From: an uncultured archaeon
Lineage (GTDB): Archaea > Thermoplasmatota > Penumbrarchaeia > JASLWR01
Length of the DNA stretch: 53,786 bases
Assembly: GCA_964342815.1 (NCBI GenBank)
Contig: CAYFHS010000018.1
Location: 11,631 to 65,416, forward strand
Direction: 5' to 3'
Of this stretch, positions 1 to 10,103 are shown in pieces (the stretch's first letter is position 1; each line of letters begins with the position of its first letter). Both the position numbers and the translations under genes were made by a program. The notes beneath the pieces are model-generated. The model saw only the letters and a program-made list of their open reading frames with translations, was not told the origin of the DNA and searched no databases.

Positions 1-141
1 CGGCAAATGGATTCGGCAAATGGATTCGGCAAATGGATTCGGCAAATGGATTCGGCAAATGGATTCGGAAAGTGGATTCGGAAAGTGGATTCGGAAAGTG
101 GATTCGGAAAGTGGATTCGGAAAGTGGATTCGGCAGGCGGG
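1..141. repeat. 13-bp tandem repeat array, 10 units, truncated by the window edge
   Basis: 5x CGGCAAATGGATT (1-65), then 5x CGGAAAGTGGATT (66-130), then degenerate CGGCAGGCGGG; no spacers. Confidence 0.97.
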
Positions 142-153
142 TTAAGAACCTTG

Positions 154-1662
154 TCAATGATGTCTTCCCTTAAGGTACAAAAAAACTAAAACGATCATAA
201 TCAATACCGCCAAAATAACATTCGTAGATGAGAGTTTCCAGACTTGTCCATTTCCGGTTTTTTTCGGTCCAACGACATTCACCGTTTGATTAAGAGTTAT
301 ATTGTGATAACCGTCAGATACCATTATGTAAATGAAGTTCTCCCCAATTTTAAATATCGAGGTATCAAGAGAGTAGTTCCAGTTTGAAAATCCATCCATA
401 GTAACCACGGATTCCCAGCTGACGTTGTCGTAGCTTATCCAAACCCCTTCTATATGCCTGTTATCCCATGCCTTCCCTTTGAGAATATAAGGAACGCCCG
501 CCTCCAGGTTCTCCGGGGGATTTTCGAGTTTGACGTCGGGGGGTCTAATATCTTTTGTAAGGCCGAGGCAGTATAAATTTCCGTCGTCAGAGCCGAAATA
601 CACATTGGAGGCATATACGGCGGGAGAAGATTCGATCCCCTTACCGGCGCTAAATTTCCATAGTACCACACCTGTGGATTTATTCAGACAGTAGAGATCA
701 TTGTCGTGTGATCCGAATAGAAGAAATCTCTCGGTAATGGCCGGGGAACTTTTCACCTTTCCCTCGGTTGTAAAGCTGTATCTCAGTTCCCCCGATTCGG
801 CGTCGATACAATACAGAGAATCGCCGGAGCCCACGTAAACTGCCTCATGGTCCACGGCAGGTGACGAAAAGATATCATTCCCGGTGCTGTAGTTCCAGTG
901 CAAAGTGCCGTTATTGGCATAATGGGAATATATGTTCATATCCATTGAACCGTAATAAACCATACCGTCAAGCACCGCTGGGGAGGACGGTATATAGCTG
1001 GTCGTGTAGTTCCAGACGTGGTCACCCGTTTGAATATCAATTGCATAAAGCTTCCCGTCGCAGGAACCTGCGAATAATAATCCGTCGCTGATGGATACGG
1101 AGGTGTGGACATATCCGAACGATGTGAAATTCCACTCTTCCCGTCCCTCGAGGGTGAAGGAGTAAATTTTATTATCGTAGGAACCAACGAAGACCAGATC
1201 ACCGTATAAATTGGGTGATGATTTGATCTGGCTGTTGGTAGTAAAATTCCATACGCCCTCGCCGGTGGTGGCATTTAATGCATAGATCGAATTATCGTTG
1301 CACCCAACAAATATCGTGTCATTTTGTATCGCAGGGGAAGACTCGAAACTTCCCTCCACCGATATATTCCATATTTCCGTACCGTTGAATGCGTCCAGAC
1401 AGAATAATTTCCCGTCATTGTTCCCAAAATAGACCCTGCCGTCCACAACGGCCGGTGACGTTCTTATTGCGGCATGGGATTGGAATTTCCAGTTGACGCT
1501 CGAGTTCAAATCAAGCTCTGTCCGGAAAAAGCCGTCATTATTGGGATTCCCTCTGAACTTCCACCAAGTTCCTTCACTATCTGCTGCACTGGCATGCAAA
1601 GGTATGACGAATAGAGATATTGCGATAAATGCCGAGATCCATCGATTGAGGTAACGGGTCAT
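154..1662 (-). CDS. Secreted PQQ-like (BamB-type) beta-propeller repeat protein with C-terminal Ig-like domain and membrane anchor
   Basis: Signal peptide; repeated W.F......SSPAV.DG.VY.GS.DG.LY.LD..TG motifs; hydrophobic C-terminal helix. Confidence 0.88.
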   Translation of the reverse strand: MTRYLNRWISAFIAISLFVIPLHASAADSEGTWWKFRGNPNNDGFFRTELDLNSSVNWKFQSHAAIRTSPAVVDGRVYFGNNDGKLFCLDAFNGTEIWNISVEGSFESSPAIQNDTIFVGCNDNSIYALNATTGEGVWNFTTNSQIKSSPNLYGDLVFVGSYDNKIYSFTLEGREEWNFTSFGYVHTSVSISDGLLFAGSCDGKLYAIDIQTGDHVWNYTTSYIPSSPAVLDGMVYYGSMDMNIYSHYANNGTLHWNYSTGNDIFSSPAVDHEAVYVGSGDSLYCIDAESGELRYSFTTEGKVKSSPAITERFLLFGSHDNDLYCLNKSTGVVLWKFSAGKGIESSPAVYASNVYFGSDDGNLYCLGLTKDIRPPDVKLENPPENLEAGVPYILKGKAWDNRHIEGVWISYDNVSWESVVTMDGFSNWNYSLDTSIFKIGENFIYIMVSDGYHNITLNQTVNVVGPKKTGNGQVWKLSSTNVILAVLIMIVLVFLYLKGRHH

Positions 1663-1855
1663 ATTATCTTCCTGTGGACGTTTCGCTTTGATTTAATTAG
1701 ACAATGGAAAAGGCTTTGTATTCATGGAATCACAAATCGTAAGGATGTAGCTGAATATTATCTATGGTATAAAATCGCAGTCCGGAAAAACCGAGTTTGC
1801 TTAATGCAATAATACGCTATCAAGATTTAAATAAATATAGCCTATCTTTACTCTG

Positions 1856-2497
1856 ATGAATATTTCGCCAGTGCTAAGCTCACTGATAATAGGACTAGGG
1901 GCCACAGCCTCCTGTCTCGGGATATGCATGCCCTTTCTGGTTCCCTTCATAATCTCGAAGGACGATACCGGTAAAAAAGGGCTTTCTACGGTGGTAATAT
2001 TCTCATTTGGCCGCCTGCTGGTCTACTTGACCATGGGCATTCTTTTCTACTTTGTTTTTTCCGAACTTCTCAACGACGTGGAAAGTATTTCGGAGATCAA
2101 GGGATTCAAATATCTTCCTGGTATTCTGGGAGCGGTCATAATTATTTACGGCCTCTGGACCCTGTTAAAACTGCCTGGGTTGAAAATATGCCCCGCGAAA
2201 TATGCCAAGGGGGGCGTAACAATAATTATGGGAATGCTTATCGGATCCTTCATCTGCCCGCCGTTTATCTTCATGTTGATCTCGATCATAGAAGAATCAA
2301 TAATAGTTATGATATTGTCTGTCATTATGTTCTGGATTGGCAGTTCGGTTTCCATTATCATTCTGGGTGCTGTATCGGGAAGATTTTCCTCCTTCCTGAG
2401 AGAAAAGAAAGGACAGGTTTGGGTAAGGAATGTGTGCGCCTTCATGCTTATATTTACCGGTATCTGGTTTATTGCGACGGTGTTTATGAATCAATAA
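1856..2497 (+). CDS. Polytopic membrane protein, DsbD_2/TauE-SafE (CcdA-like) family
   Basis: About 6 TM helices; SCLGICMP, F..GRL..Y and CPP motifs. Confidence 0.7.
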   Translation: MNISPVLSSLIIGLGATASCLGICMPFLVPFIISKDDTGKKGLSTVVIFSFGRLLVYLTMGILFYFVFSELLNDVESISEIKGFKYLPGILGAVIIIYGLWTLLKLPGLKICPAKYAKGGVTIIMGMLIGSFICPPFIFMLISIIEESIIVMILSVIMFWIGSSVSIIILGAVSGRFSSFLREKKGQVWVRNVCAFMLIFTGIWFIATVFMNQ

Positions 2498-2525
2498 AAG
2501 AATAAAAAAAGAGGCGAAATAGAAA

Positions 2526-5500
2526 ATGCAGAATTCTCCCACCATATTTTTCCGGATATCTCTCTTGTTCATCCTCATGATCATTATTATTCTATTTATA
2601 CTACGGTTCCGACTCAATCCTTATTTCAAAATAGGTCTTCGAAATACAACGAAAAGACTTCCCCAGGCAGTAAGTCTGGTGATCGGAGGTGTCATAGGGA
2701 CCTCGGTTATTGCGGGAGCCCTCATAACCGGGGACAGCCTTAATGAGATGGTTGCGGACCAATCCGTAAAAGCTCTTGGTGATATAGACGTGGCGGTTAC
2801 TTCACCCAAATTCTTCTCCCAATCACTTTTTACCGTTATAAATGATGATCCTATTCTAAATAAATTGACGGACAAGGTGGCTCCCATGATCGCTCTCACT
2901 GGTACCACCCGCCACAATGAATCCGGTGCCCTCGAGAATGCGGTGAATGTATACGGTATCGACAATTCAATCTATGAATTCGGTTTTTTCCATTACAGCG
3001 GGGAAAAGATTCCCAACATCCAGGAGAACGAGTGTGTTATCAACAGCATTCTTGCCCGTAATCTAAAAGTGAACCGCGGTGATCTGATCACACTGAAGCT
3101 GGGAAACACGAATCCGTCTGATGCGTTCTTTCTCACTTCCTCAGATCAATTCCACGAGATAGAACTATCAATAAAGGAGGTCTCGGAGAATAAAGGTCTT
3201 GCTGGTATCAATTTATTGTCCAGGAACACAAACGTAAATAATCTATTTTTGAGATTGGACGTCCTGCAGAGAAGAATGGGGATCGAGGGAAATATCAATA
3301 CCGTGATCTTGTCCAATTCCGGGGACGAATTTTCCGGAGTTGAAAAGGGGAGGGACGTATCGAAGAGATTGAGGGAAATACTGGATAGAGAAATAGGTTA
3401 TATTGAAGCTGGCTACAGCGTTCAAACCGATGACCAGAGCGTCATAATAACCCATGAGAATGTTCTTTTCGATTCTGAAGATCTGGCTCCGCTCGAAAAA
3501 GGACGGATTAACTCGCAACTACTGACGTATTTCGTAGACTCTATCTCCCATAACGGCTCAATACTCGCTTACTCTACCATCACAGGATTGGACCTTGCCC
3601 GTGACAAAAGGTTCGGGGATTTTTATTCTGAAGGCGACAGTCTTGTACTGGAAAAAATCAAAAACGACGGTATTATTATTAGCAACTGGACGGCAATGGC
3701 TTTGGGAGCAGGGCTTCATGACTTTCTTAGCATAAATTACACGATTTTGGATGATAATTACGGAGAGCACACTCAAAGCATGGAACTACGTGTCGAAGCC
3801 GTAATAGAGCTGGACGGTAAGGCATCAAACAAATGGCTGATGCCTGAGCTTCCCGGTATAAAAAATATCGATACTTGCGGTGAATGGGACCCGCCTTTCG
3901 ATATTGACCTTTCTGCCCTGCAAAGTAGGGATCTGGATTACTGGGACCAGTACCGGGGAATTCCCAAAGGCTACATCGACCTTGATCTTGCTCAAAGCAT
4001 TTTCGGTAATTTCCAGGGGAATCTCACTCATTTACGGATCGAAACCATGGGGAATCATGAAAACGTTCTTGAGAAGCTTAATAACACCGTGGGCATAAAC
4101 AATTACGGAATTTCGATAAAAGAAGTCAAGGCGGAGCACCTGGCCACCGGGGAAAGTCTTTGGGTGCTGACCGGAATGTTCCTGGCTTTCGGGGCTCTCG
4201 TGGTAGGAGCCGGTGCTTTGTTGATTATCAATATCTTCAGGAACATGGCTCTTGACAGGAAACGAGAGATAGGTATATTAAGGTCTCAAGGAGTAAAAAG
4301 GAGTAATGTGGCTGTCACATTCTTTACCGAAGGAATCGTATATTCCATTGCCAGCGCTGGAATCGGGACAGCGGTCGGTGTTGGTGTTGGCAGCGGGATA
4401 GTTCACGCGCTCAATACCATTTGGAGCCGTTCGGTCGAATCCAACGATATCCACCTGTATTTTTCTTACTATACTTTGCTGATTTCATTCGCTCTCGGAT
4501 TATTCATATGTATCATATCGGTTATAATCCCCGTTATCCAGGTCTCGGGGATGAAGATCACGGATGCAATAAGCAGGGGTCGCACAGAGAAAAGTTCCCA
4601 TGGTATACGGTTCCCACGCACAGGAATTATTCTTATGATCATTGGAATTCTGTTGAGCTGTTTCTTGCTCAATTCATTTAATTACGAAATTGCTCTGCTG
4701 GGCCCGGTCTTGATACTGCTAGGATCCGGATTATATGCTCATTCAAGGAAGCCCTCCCATTGTGGTATACTTGATCTAACAGCAGCGATTATGATTTTTT
4801 ATGTCATTATCTATGGTTTGGTAAATATGAAAGGAGATGGTGGACCTACCGTGACAATTTTCATGTTCAATGGAATCATTTTGATCGCCGCCTTTTTTCT
4901 GTTATATAGGAACCGATTCATGTGGTTTTCAAGAAAATTGGCTGGAAGGGGGGCCGAAGGAATGATAGCCGTATCGGGGATGATTCGGCAAAAGGGGGTA
5001 TTTCTATCGGTACTTTCGGTGGCTTTCGTGGTTTTTATAATAACCGCCCTTTCGGTCATCGGATCATATCAGAGCGCAAATCTCGAAAACCAGCTTGAAG
5101 GTCATACCGGGGGATACGATATACGGGTACTATCTTCAATACCGTTCACCGGCGATCTTGCAAAAAGTAATTTCACATTTCTCGACGATACATCCGTAAC
5201 TCAAATAAGGTCGGTAGGAGAGCCGGGTGGAACCTGTTCCAACATGAACGCCAGATTCCCGCCCCAAATTTTAGGCGTCCCTGAAGACTTTGTTGAAAAC
5301 AACAATATAAAATTCGCCGATCACATATACGAAGGAGTGGGTGACCGAGGAGTTTGGCGGGCTCTATCTGACCCTTCGGAGCAGCATATACCAGTGGTGG
5401 TGGACAAGAACACGCTTATCTGGGTGTACAACAGCGCTCTTGGAGATACCTTCAGCATCACCGGCGACATGGGTGATGAATGGAGGATCAAAGTTGTGGG

Positions 5501-6110
5501 AATGATGGATAGTTCCATATTAGCAGGGATGTTCATCATGAGTCAGGAAAATATCGAAAAAGTATTCCCTCTCACAGCAAAATACAGCTTTTTTTTACTG
5601 AAGACAAATGATGATTTGCAGGCAAAGACTGACGCTATAGAGAAAGAGATGAGTTACTATGGTATGGATGCTGCTGTGACTGAGGATCTGGCGAGATATA
5701 ATCTGGATTTCGAGGCGTCTTATCTTCGAATATTTCAGATATTCCTGATACTGGGAGTTTTCATTGGTACCACTGGTATAGCAGTGATGGTCTACCGATC
5801 GGCATCCAAGAGAAAATATGAGATAGGTGTGCTGAGATCCATAGGATTCTCAAAAAGAAGGGTCGCATTTTCCCTTGTACTAGAGGCAAGTATCACAAGT
5901 CTCTCAGGTATAATAATAGGTGTTTTGGGAGGAATGAGCGCTGCTTATCTATCATTTTCCGCTTGGGGCGGTACCGGTTTTGTTTTTCCGGTGTGGGCGG
6001 TTATATTAATACCTGCTTCAATCTATCTCATTTCGGTAATATTCTCGCTCATTCCTGCTTATCTATCGTCAAAAGTAGAGCCGGCGGTCTCCCTTAGAGC
6101 CCAGGAGTGA
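2526..6110 (+). CDS. Large FtsX/MacB-like ABC transporter permease (duplicated)
   Basis: Two FtsX TM blocks with R.REIGILRSQG and RKYEIGVLRSIGFS motifs; ends KVEPAVSLRAQE. Confidence 0.88.
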   Translation: MQNSPTIFFRISLLFILMIIIILFILRFRLNPYFKIGLRNTTKRLPQAVSLVIGGVIGTSVIAGALITGDSLNEMVADQSVKALGDIDVAVTSPKFFSQSLFTVINDDPILNKLTDKVAPMIALTGTTRHNESGALENAVNVYGIDNSIYEFGFFHYSGEKIPNIQENECVINSILARNLKVNRGDLITLKLGNTNPSDAFFLTSSDQFHEIELSIKEVSENKGLAGINLLSRNTNVNNLFLRLDVLQRRMGIEGNINTVILSNSGDEFSGVEKGRDVSKRLREILDREIGYIEAGYSVQTDDQSVIITHENVLFDSEDLAPLEKGRINSQLLTYFVDSISHNGSILAYSTITGLDLARDKRFGDFYSEGDSLVLEKIKNDGIIISNWTAMALGAGLHDFLSINYTILDDNYGEHTQSMELRVEAVIELDGKASNKWLMPELPGIKNIDTCGEWDPPFDIDLSALQSRDLDYWDQYRGIPKGYIDLDLAQSIFGNFQGNLTHLRIETMGNHENVLEKLNNTVGINNYGISIKEVKAEHLATGESLWVLTGMFLAFGALVVGAGALLIINIFRNMALDRKREIGILRSQGVKRSNVAVTFFTEGIVYSIASAGIGTAVGVGVGSGIVHALNTIWSRSVESNDIHLYFSYYTLLISFALGLFICIISVIIPVIQVSGMKITDAISRGRTEKSSHGIRFPRTGIILMIIGILLSCFLLNSFNYEIALLGPVLILLGSGLYAHSRKPSHCGILDLTAAIMIFYVIIYGLVNMKGDGGPTVTIFMFNGIILIAAFFLLYRNRFMWFSRKLAGRGAEGMIAVSGMIRQKGVFLSVLSVAFVVFIITALSVIGSYQSANLENQLEGHTGGYDIRVLSSIPFTGDLAKSNFTFLDDTSVTQIRSVGEPGGTCSNMNARFPPQILGVPEDFVENNNIKFADHIYEGVGDRGVWRALSDPSEQHIPVVVDKNTLIWVYNSALGDTFSITGDMGDEWRIKVVGMMDSSILAGMFIMSQENIEKVFPLTAKYSFFLLKTNDDLQAKTDAIEKEMSYYGMDAAVTEDLARYNLDFEASYLRIFQIFLILGVFIGTTGIAVMVYRSASKRKYEIGVLRSIGFSKRRVAFSLVLEASITSLSGIIIGVLGGMSAAYLSFSAWGGTGFVFPVWAVILIPASIYLISVIFSLIPAYLSSKVEPAVSLRAQE

Positions 6111-6130
6111 TTCTATTGTAGTATGAAAAA

Positions 6131-6634
6131 TCAGCGTCTTCCCTTGTGATGTAATCTCAATACATCCACTTCCACTTCACTGACCTTATGGATCAAGAAA
6201 GATAAGGGTCCAGGCAGTGCCAGCCAAAGGCTTTTAAAGATAATTTCACCAGAAACATCCACGGGCTCCATCTCTCTCAATGTAATAATGCCACGGTCGC
6301 ATTTCAGATAACCTACCCTTTTGTTGTTTCCATCCTGGTTTTTGAAAAAAAGATACAGGTCCCCGGTCAATGGGGTGGTAGAGTCACCATATCGCATGAC
6401 CAATTTATATCGTTCATTGTAGAATAACGCAATACTCGTGGAATAATTCTGTATACTTTGAGGCGCCTCCTCCTCGAGATGGATGTTCCTTTCCTCAAAA
6501 TGGATCAGTCCAAAATTCTTTGAATAAAAGACGTTCCCGTCTTTGTTGATCTCAGTTATTACATCAACGATATCGGACCAGTACATCTCGGTGGTCTCGT
6601 AGATATCTTTCGGGGAAGGGGGAAGCATCCTCAT
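6131..6634 (-). CDS. Hypothetical protein
   Basis: 167-aa ORF filling the gap between neighbours, protein-like composition; no motif recognised. Confidence 0.6.
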   Translation of the reverse strand: MRMLPPSPKDIYETTEMYWSDIVDVITEINKDGNVFYSKNFGLIHFEERNIHLEEEAPQSIQNYSTSIALFYNERYKLVMRYGDSTTPLTGDLYLFFKNQDGNNKRVGYLKCDRGIITLREMEPVDVSGEIIFKSLWLALPGPLSFLIHKVSEVEVDVLRLHHKGRR

Positions 6635-6701
6635 GTTCTGGATTGATGATGAAAGACTTTATAAGTTTTTCGTGTTGAAATCGTTTATCGTATACCAACC
6701 A

Positions 6702-7910
6702 CTAATCATTAAGGAAGCTGTCGATTCGATCCAAAGCCTCTCCCAGCATTTCCTCTTCGGGTAGGAAGACTATCCGGAAATGTCCTTTGCCGTAAACAGG
6801 GCAGAAACCGGAACCGTGTACGGTAAGAACATGACACTTGTTTAGAATATTCAATACAAAATCCTCATCATCCTGGTATCTGGGGTCTTCTATCTTCGGA
6901 AAGATGTAAAAAGCTCCGCCTGGAAGTCGTGTGGAAAGTCCCTCGATCTCGTTGATCCTTTTGTAGGTAAAATCCCTTCTCTTCTTAAGTTTGGTGTTCA
7001 GTTCAGCCAGGTAATCGTCATACCTCTTCTCGAATGCCTTCATGAGACCGTACTGTGAGGGTACGTTGGAACAGAGTCGGGACCTTGCCTGTTTGAGTAC
7101 TCCGTCCCAGATATCCACCATGGCACCCGTGGGATCGTTCAGAGCCATGTATCCGCAGCGCCAACCAGGAGCAAGAAATACCTTTGAAATTCCATTCAGT
7201 ACCATCAGCGGGACGTCCTTGCTCAACGAACCCATGTTCACCGCACTTTCCTCAAAGCTCATCTTATCATATATCTGGTCCGATACAAGATACATCCCTT
7301 TGTGCTCCCCCACAACGTCGATTATCTCCTTCAGAGTCTTTTCTCCGTAGAGAGCACCGGTTGGATTGTTGGGATTTATCACTGCCAAGGCCCTGGTATC
7401 ATCGGTGATCTTTTTCCTGATATCGTCAATGTCCGGCTGCCAGTCCTCCTCTTCCATAGTTCTGTAGGGGACGGGATCTCCGTTAAAGAACCGCGTGTAA
7501 GTGATATAGGGCGGATAGCTCGGCCCTGGAATTAGAAACCTTTCCCTTTTCTGAAAGGTGGCCCCAATAAGTATCTGTAAACTTTCCGTCACTCCGGTTG
7601 TGACAATTACGTTCTCTTGAGATATCGGATTCCCTTCCCTATTTTCCTTCACTACTATCTTTTCCAACAGTTCTGGGATCCCAGCTGAGGGACCATAGAA
7701 GTTGTTACCCTTTTGAATCGCATCTATGCATGCTTTCTTAACAAAATCAGGGGTGTCGAAATCATACTTTACCGGATCACCAATATTCAGCTTTAATATA
7801 TCGATCCCACGTCTCTCCAGCTTGGAGGCATAAACCTCTATGTCCCGGATAGCGTATTTTATCTCGTTTGCTCTTTTTGTGACGGGGATAGTATACTTTG
7901 AACTCGTCAT
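6702..7910 (-). CDS. alaA: Class I/II PLP aminotransferase, Pyrococcus-type alanine aminotransferase
   Basis: YAIRD, LNIGDPVKYDF, INPNNPTGALY, GISKVFLAPGWRCGY (PLP lysine), GAFYIFP, HGSGF. Confidence 0.85.
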   Translation of the reverse strand: MTSSKYTIPVTKRANEIKYAIRDIEVYASKLERRGIDILKLNIGDPVKYDFDTPDFVKKACIDAIQKGNNFYGPSAGIPELLEKIVVKENREGNPISQENVIVTTGVTESLQILIGATFQKRERFLIPGPSYPPYITYTRFFNGDPVPYRTMEEEDWQPDIDDIRKKITDDTRALAVINPNNPTGALYGEKTLKEIIDVVGEHKGMYLVSDQIYDKMSFEESAVNMGSLSKDVPLMVLNGISKVFLAPGWRCGYMALNDPTGAMVDIWDGVLKQARSRLCSNVPSQYGLMKAFEKRYDDYLAELNTKLKKRRDFTYKRINEIEGLSTRLPGGAFYIFPKIEDPRYQDDEDFVLNILNKCHVLTVHGSGFCPVYGKGHFRIVFLPEEEMLGEALDRIDSFLND

Positions 7911-8130
7911 TTTGAGTCCCTCGTAATTTTGTCAGGGAAACCTGATAATACTATAACAGTTATCGATAAAATTCCTGGCATCAAAACTCTCGGGGCTTTA
8001 TTTATTTTTGTATGAATTTACAAGAATGGATGATTAACAGCCCACATCCATACAAGTAGGTTTTTCTTTCTCTTAATGGTACTTTATTTAAAAAAGGTTT
8101 ATAACGTTTAATTGCCTTACCCCATCCGGC

Positions 8131-8625
8131 ATGACAAGAGTTAAAGTCATTAATGAACCTACCGAAATTGTTCCCCTGCTGCTTGCAGTGGATACTCCGA
8201 TAAAACGTAGGATTTTCAATGAACTCATTAACGACTGGTGCACCGAGGAGATAATTTTCTCGAAATACGGTAAGGAAGGGGGAGATGCCCTTCGCTTTTT
8301 CGAGAAACAGAAACTAGTGGAAACACTTTGGCAGCCTGGGGATAACCACAATCAGGAAAAAGCCTATCGTGCTTATTACGATAGTATTCACATAAACGTT
8401 GCCTGCTCCATGAAAGAATTGTCTCTTGCTCTCAGAACCGCCATCATGGATGAAGAAGATTTTAAAAAGATCGAAGACGAGATATATGATTTCGTAACTG
8501 AAGTGGGTATGTATTCCGGTGACGTCCTGGAAGCCTTGAAGATATCTTCCACTGAACTCAAAAGCCTCATAAGGCGTTCCACACGTCTCGAACACCGGGG
8601 ACACCGAATAGAGAGGATAAATTAG
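8131..8625 (+). CDS. Conserved archaeal ArsR-like winged-helix regulator
   Basis: IVPLL..D...KRRIF.EL...W....I..KYG.EG.DALRFFEK.KLVET.W pattern recalled from a euryarchaeal ArsR-like family. Confidence 0.6.
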   Translation: MTRVKVINEPTEIVPLLLAVDTPIKRRIFNELINDWCTEEIIFSKYGKEGGDALRFFEKQKLVETLWQPGDNHNQEKAYRAYYDSIHINVACSMKELSLALRTAIMDEEDFKKIEDEIYDFVTEVGMYSGDVLEALKISSTELKSLIRRSTRLEHRGHRIERIN

Positions 8626-8785
8626 ACGGCCCCACTTGTTGAATCATAAAATTTTTCCGATTTCTTGCGATCTGCTTACCAATTATTTATATGATATAAT
8701 ATGTTCGAAACTTGACGCCGTTACCTGTCATAGTTTGCGAAATCGCAGTCCGTTGACATTATCCCTAAGCCCACTTGCTGAGGGA

Positions 8786-8896
8786 GATGGAGAAACCGAT
8801 TTTCTTCGATATTGCAGAACTAGTTCTGCTTACACTCGCAATTACCCTTCGGTTGTCCAGGCGTGCCTTAAGCTACGCCGAGGCAGAGCGGGTACC
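8786..8896 (-). other. Non-coding structured element, partial copy of the 19467-19517 motif with an insertion containing a 16-bp palindrome
   Basis: Reverse complement of 8786-8815 (GCAATATCGAAGAAAATCGGTTTCTCCATC) matches 19490-19516 (GCAATATCGGAGAAACTTTTCTCCACC); GCAGAACTAGTTCTGC at 8814-8829. Confidence 0.55.
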
Positions 8897-8970
8897 GGAG
8901 TGAAGCAGGAATCCAGAAGGATCGATTTCGCTGAATCAATATACCTACAAAGATACGATCAGGGGCGGAT

Positions 8971-9486
8971 ATGATCGAAGTACTTCGGATGGGACATCGT
9001 CCATCCCGGGACAAACGGATCACGACTCACGTCGGTTTAGTTTCCAGGGCCTTGGGGGCGGAGAAGATATATATTCCCGGGAACGATCTTAAAATGAAGA
9101 AAACCCTGGAGCGGGTGGTACAAATGTTTGGTGGGGATTTTCAGGTGGATGTGTGCTCTGGAACAAAAGAGATATTGCGGCAGCATACTGGGGTCGTGGT
9201 CCATCTTACCATGTATGGAATGAGTTTACCGGATGGGATTAGGAGATTAGAAACTGAATATGAAAACCAAAATATTCTCACCGTCGTCGGTGCACAGAAG
9301 GTACCGCGATACATCTTTGAAAGAGCGGATCTAAACGTCTCGGTAGGGAACCAACCACACAGCGAAGTCGCCGCACTGGCACTTTTCCTAGACCGCATTT
9401 CGAAAGGAACTTGGATGGATCGAGACTTTGGCGGTAAAATAAAGATCATACCTGATGACAGGAATAAGCGCGTGATAGAACAATAA
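8971..9486 (+). CDS. trm56: tRNA (cytidine(56)-2'-O)-methyltransferase, SPOUT family
   Basis: VLRMGHRPSRDKRITTHVGLVSRALGA, VHLTMYG, VGAQKVP, VSVGNQPHSEVAALA. Confidence 0.95.
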   Translation: MIEVLRMGHRPSRDKRITTHVGLVSRALGAEKIYIPGNDLKMKKTLERVVQMFGGDFQVDVCSGTKEILRQHTGVVVHLTMYGMSLPDGIRRLETEYENQNILTVVGAQKVPRYIFERADLNVSVGNQPHSEVAALALFLDRISKGTWMDRDFGGKIKIIPDDRNKRVIEQ

Positions 9487-9532
9487 TAACGGGATTCAAC
9501 CGGGATTTTTCGCTTGAAGGGAGATAAAACAT

Positions 9533-10087
9533 ATGGCCAATAATATTATGGACTATGAAAAATGTATACAGACCTTGATAAAATTCGGTGTAGATGACAG
9601 CGTTATCATTCACAGCCAGATGGTGGAACGCCTCGCGAACAAGATAGGCCAACTTATCACCGCCAATAATGGTACACCACAGAAAGTGAACTTCGAGATT
9701 ATGCGGATGGGGGCACTGCTTCACGATATTGGTAGAAGTAAAACCCACAGCATCAAGCACGTTATGGAGGGTGTCCGGATCGCGCGAGAATTGAACCTAC
9801 CACAAGATGTAATTCATATTATCGAGAACCATATTGGGTCGGGTTTAACACCGGACGAAGCATACGAGAATGGGCTGGAGAAGAAAAATTATTTCCCACA
9901 GACTCTGGAAGCAAAACTGGTTGCATACGCGGACAATCTCATAGCCGAGAATCGACAGATCAGCCTGTCCGAGGGTATTCGCAGGTACAAGGAGAAGGGT
10001 CTTACAACTGCGGCAGAGCGTTTGGAAGAAAGCCATAGATATCTGACCGAACTGGCCGGAACAAAGATATACACTGTGAGAATATAA
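9533..10087 (+). CDS. HD-domain (HDIG) metal-dependent phosphohydrolase
   Basis: HSQMV, GALLHDIGR, H.MEG, IIENHIGSG, P.TLE.KLVAYADN. Confidence 0.88.
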   Translation: MANNIMDYEKCIQTLIKFGVDDSVIIHSQMVERLANKIGQLITANNGTPQKVNFEIMRMGALLHDIGRSKTHSIKHVMEGVRIARELNLPQDVIHIIENHIGSGLTPDEAYENGLEKKNYFPQTLEAKLVAYADNLIAENRQISLSEGIRRYKEKGLTTAAERLEESHRYLTELAGTKIYTVRI

Positions 10088-10103
10088 TACTGAAGGTATT
10101 CCA

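Noticed and set aside
1-189. CRISPR array, or the 60-aa ORF 7..189
   Set aside because: The 13-bp units are contiguous with no spacers. The ORF is only a translation of the repeat and overlaps the end of the real minus-strand gene.
8636-8974. 112-aa ORF before trm56
   Set aside because: TTG start, no recognisable motif, and it crosses a TATA-like tract and palindromic non-coding motifs.
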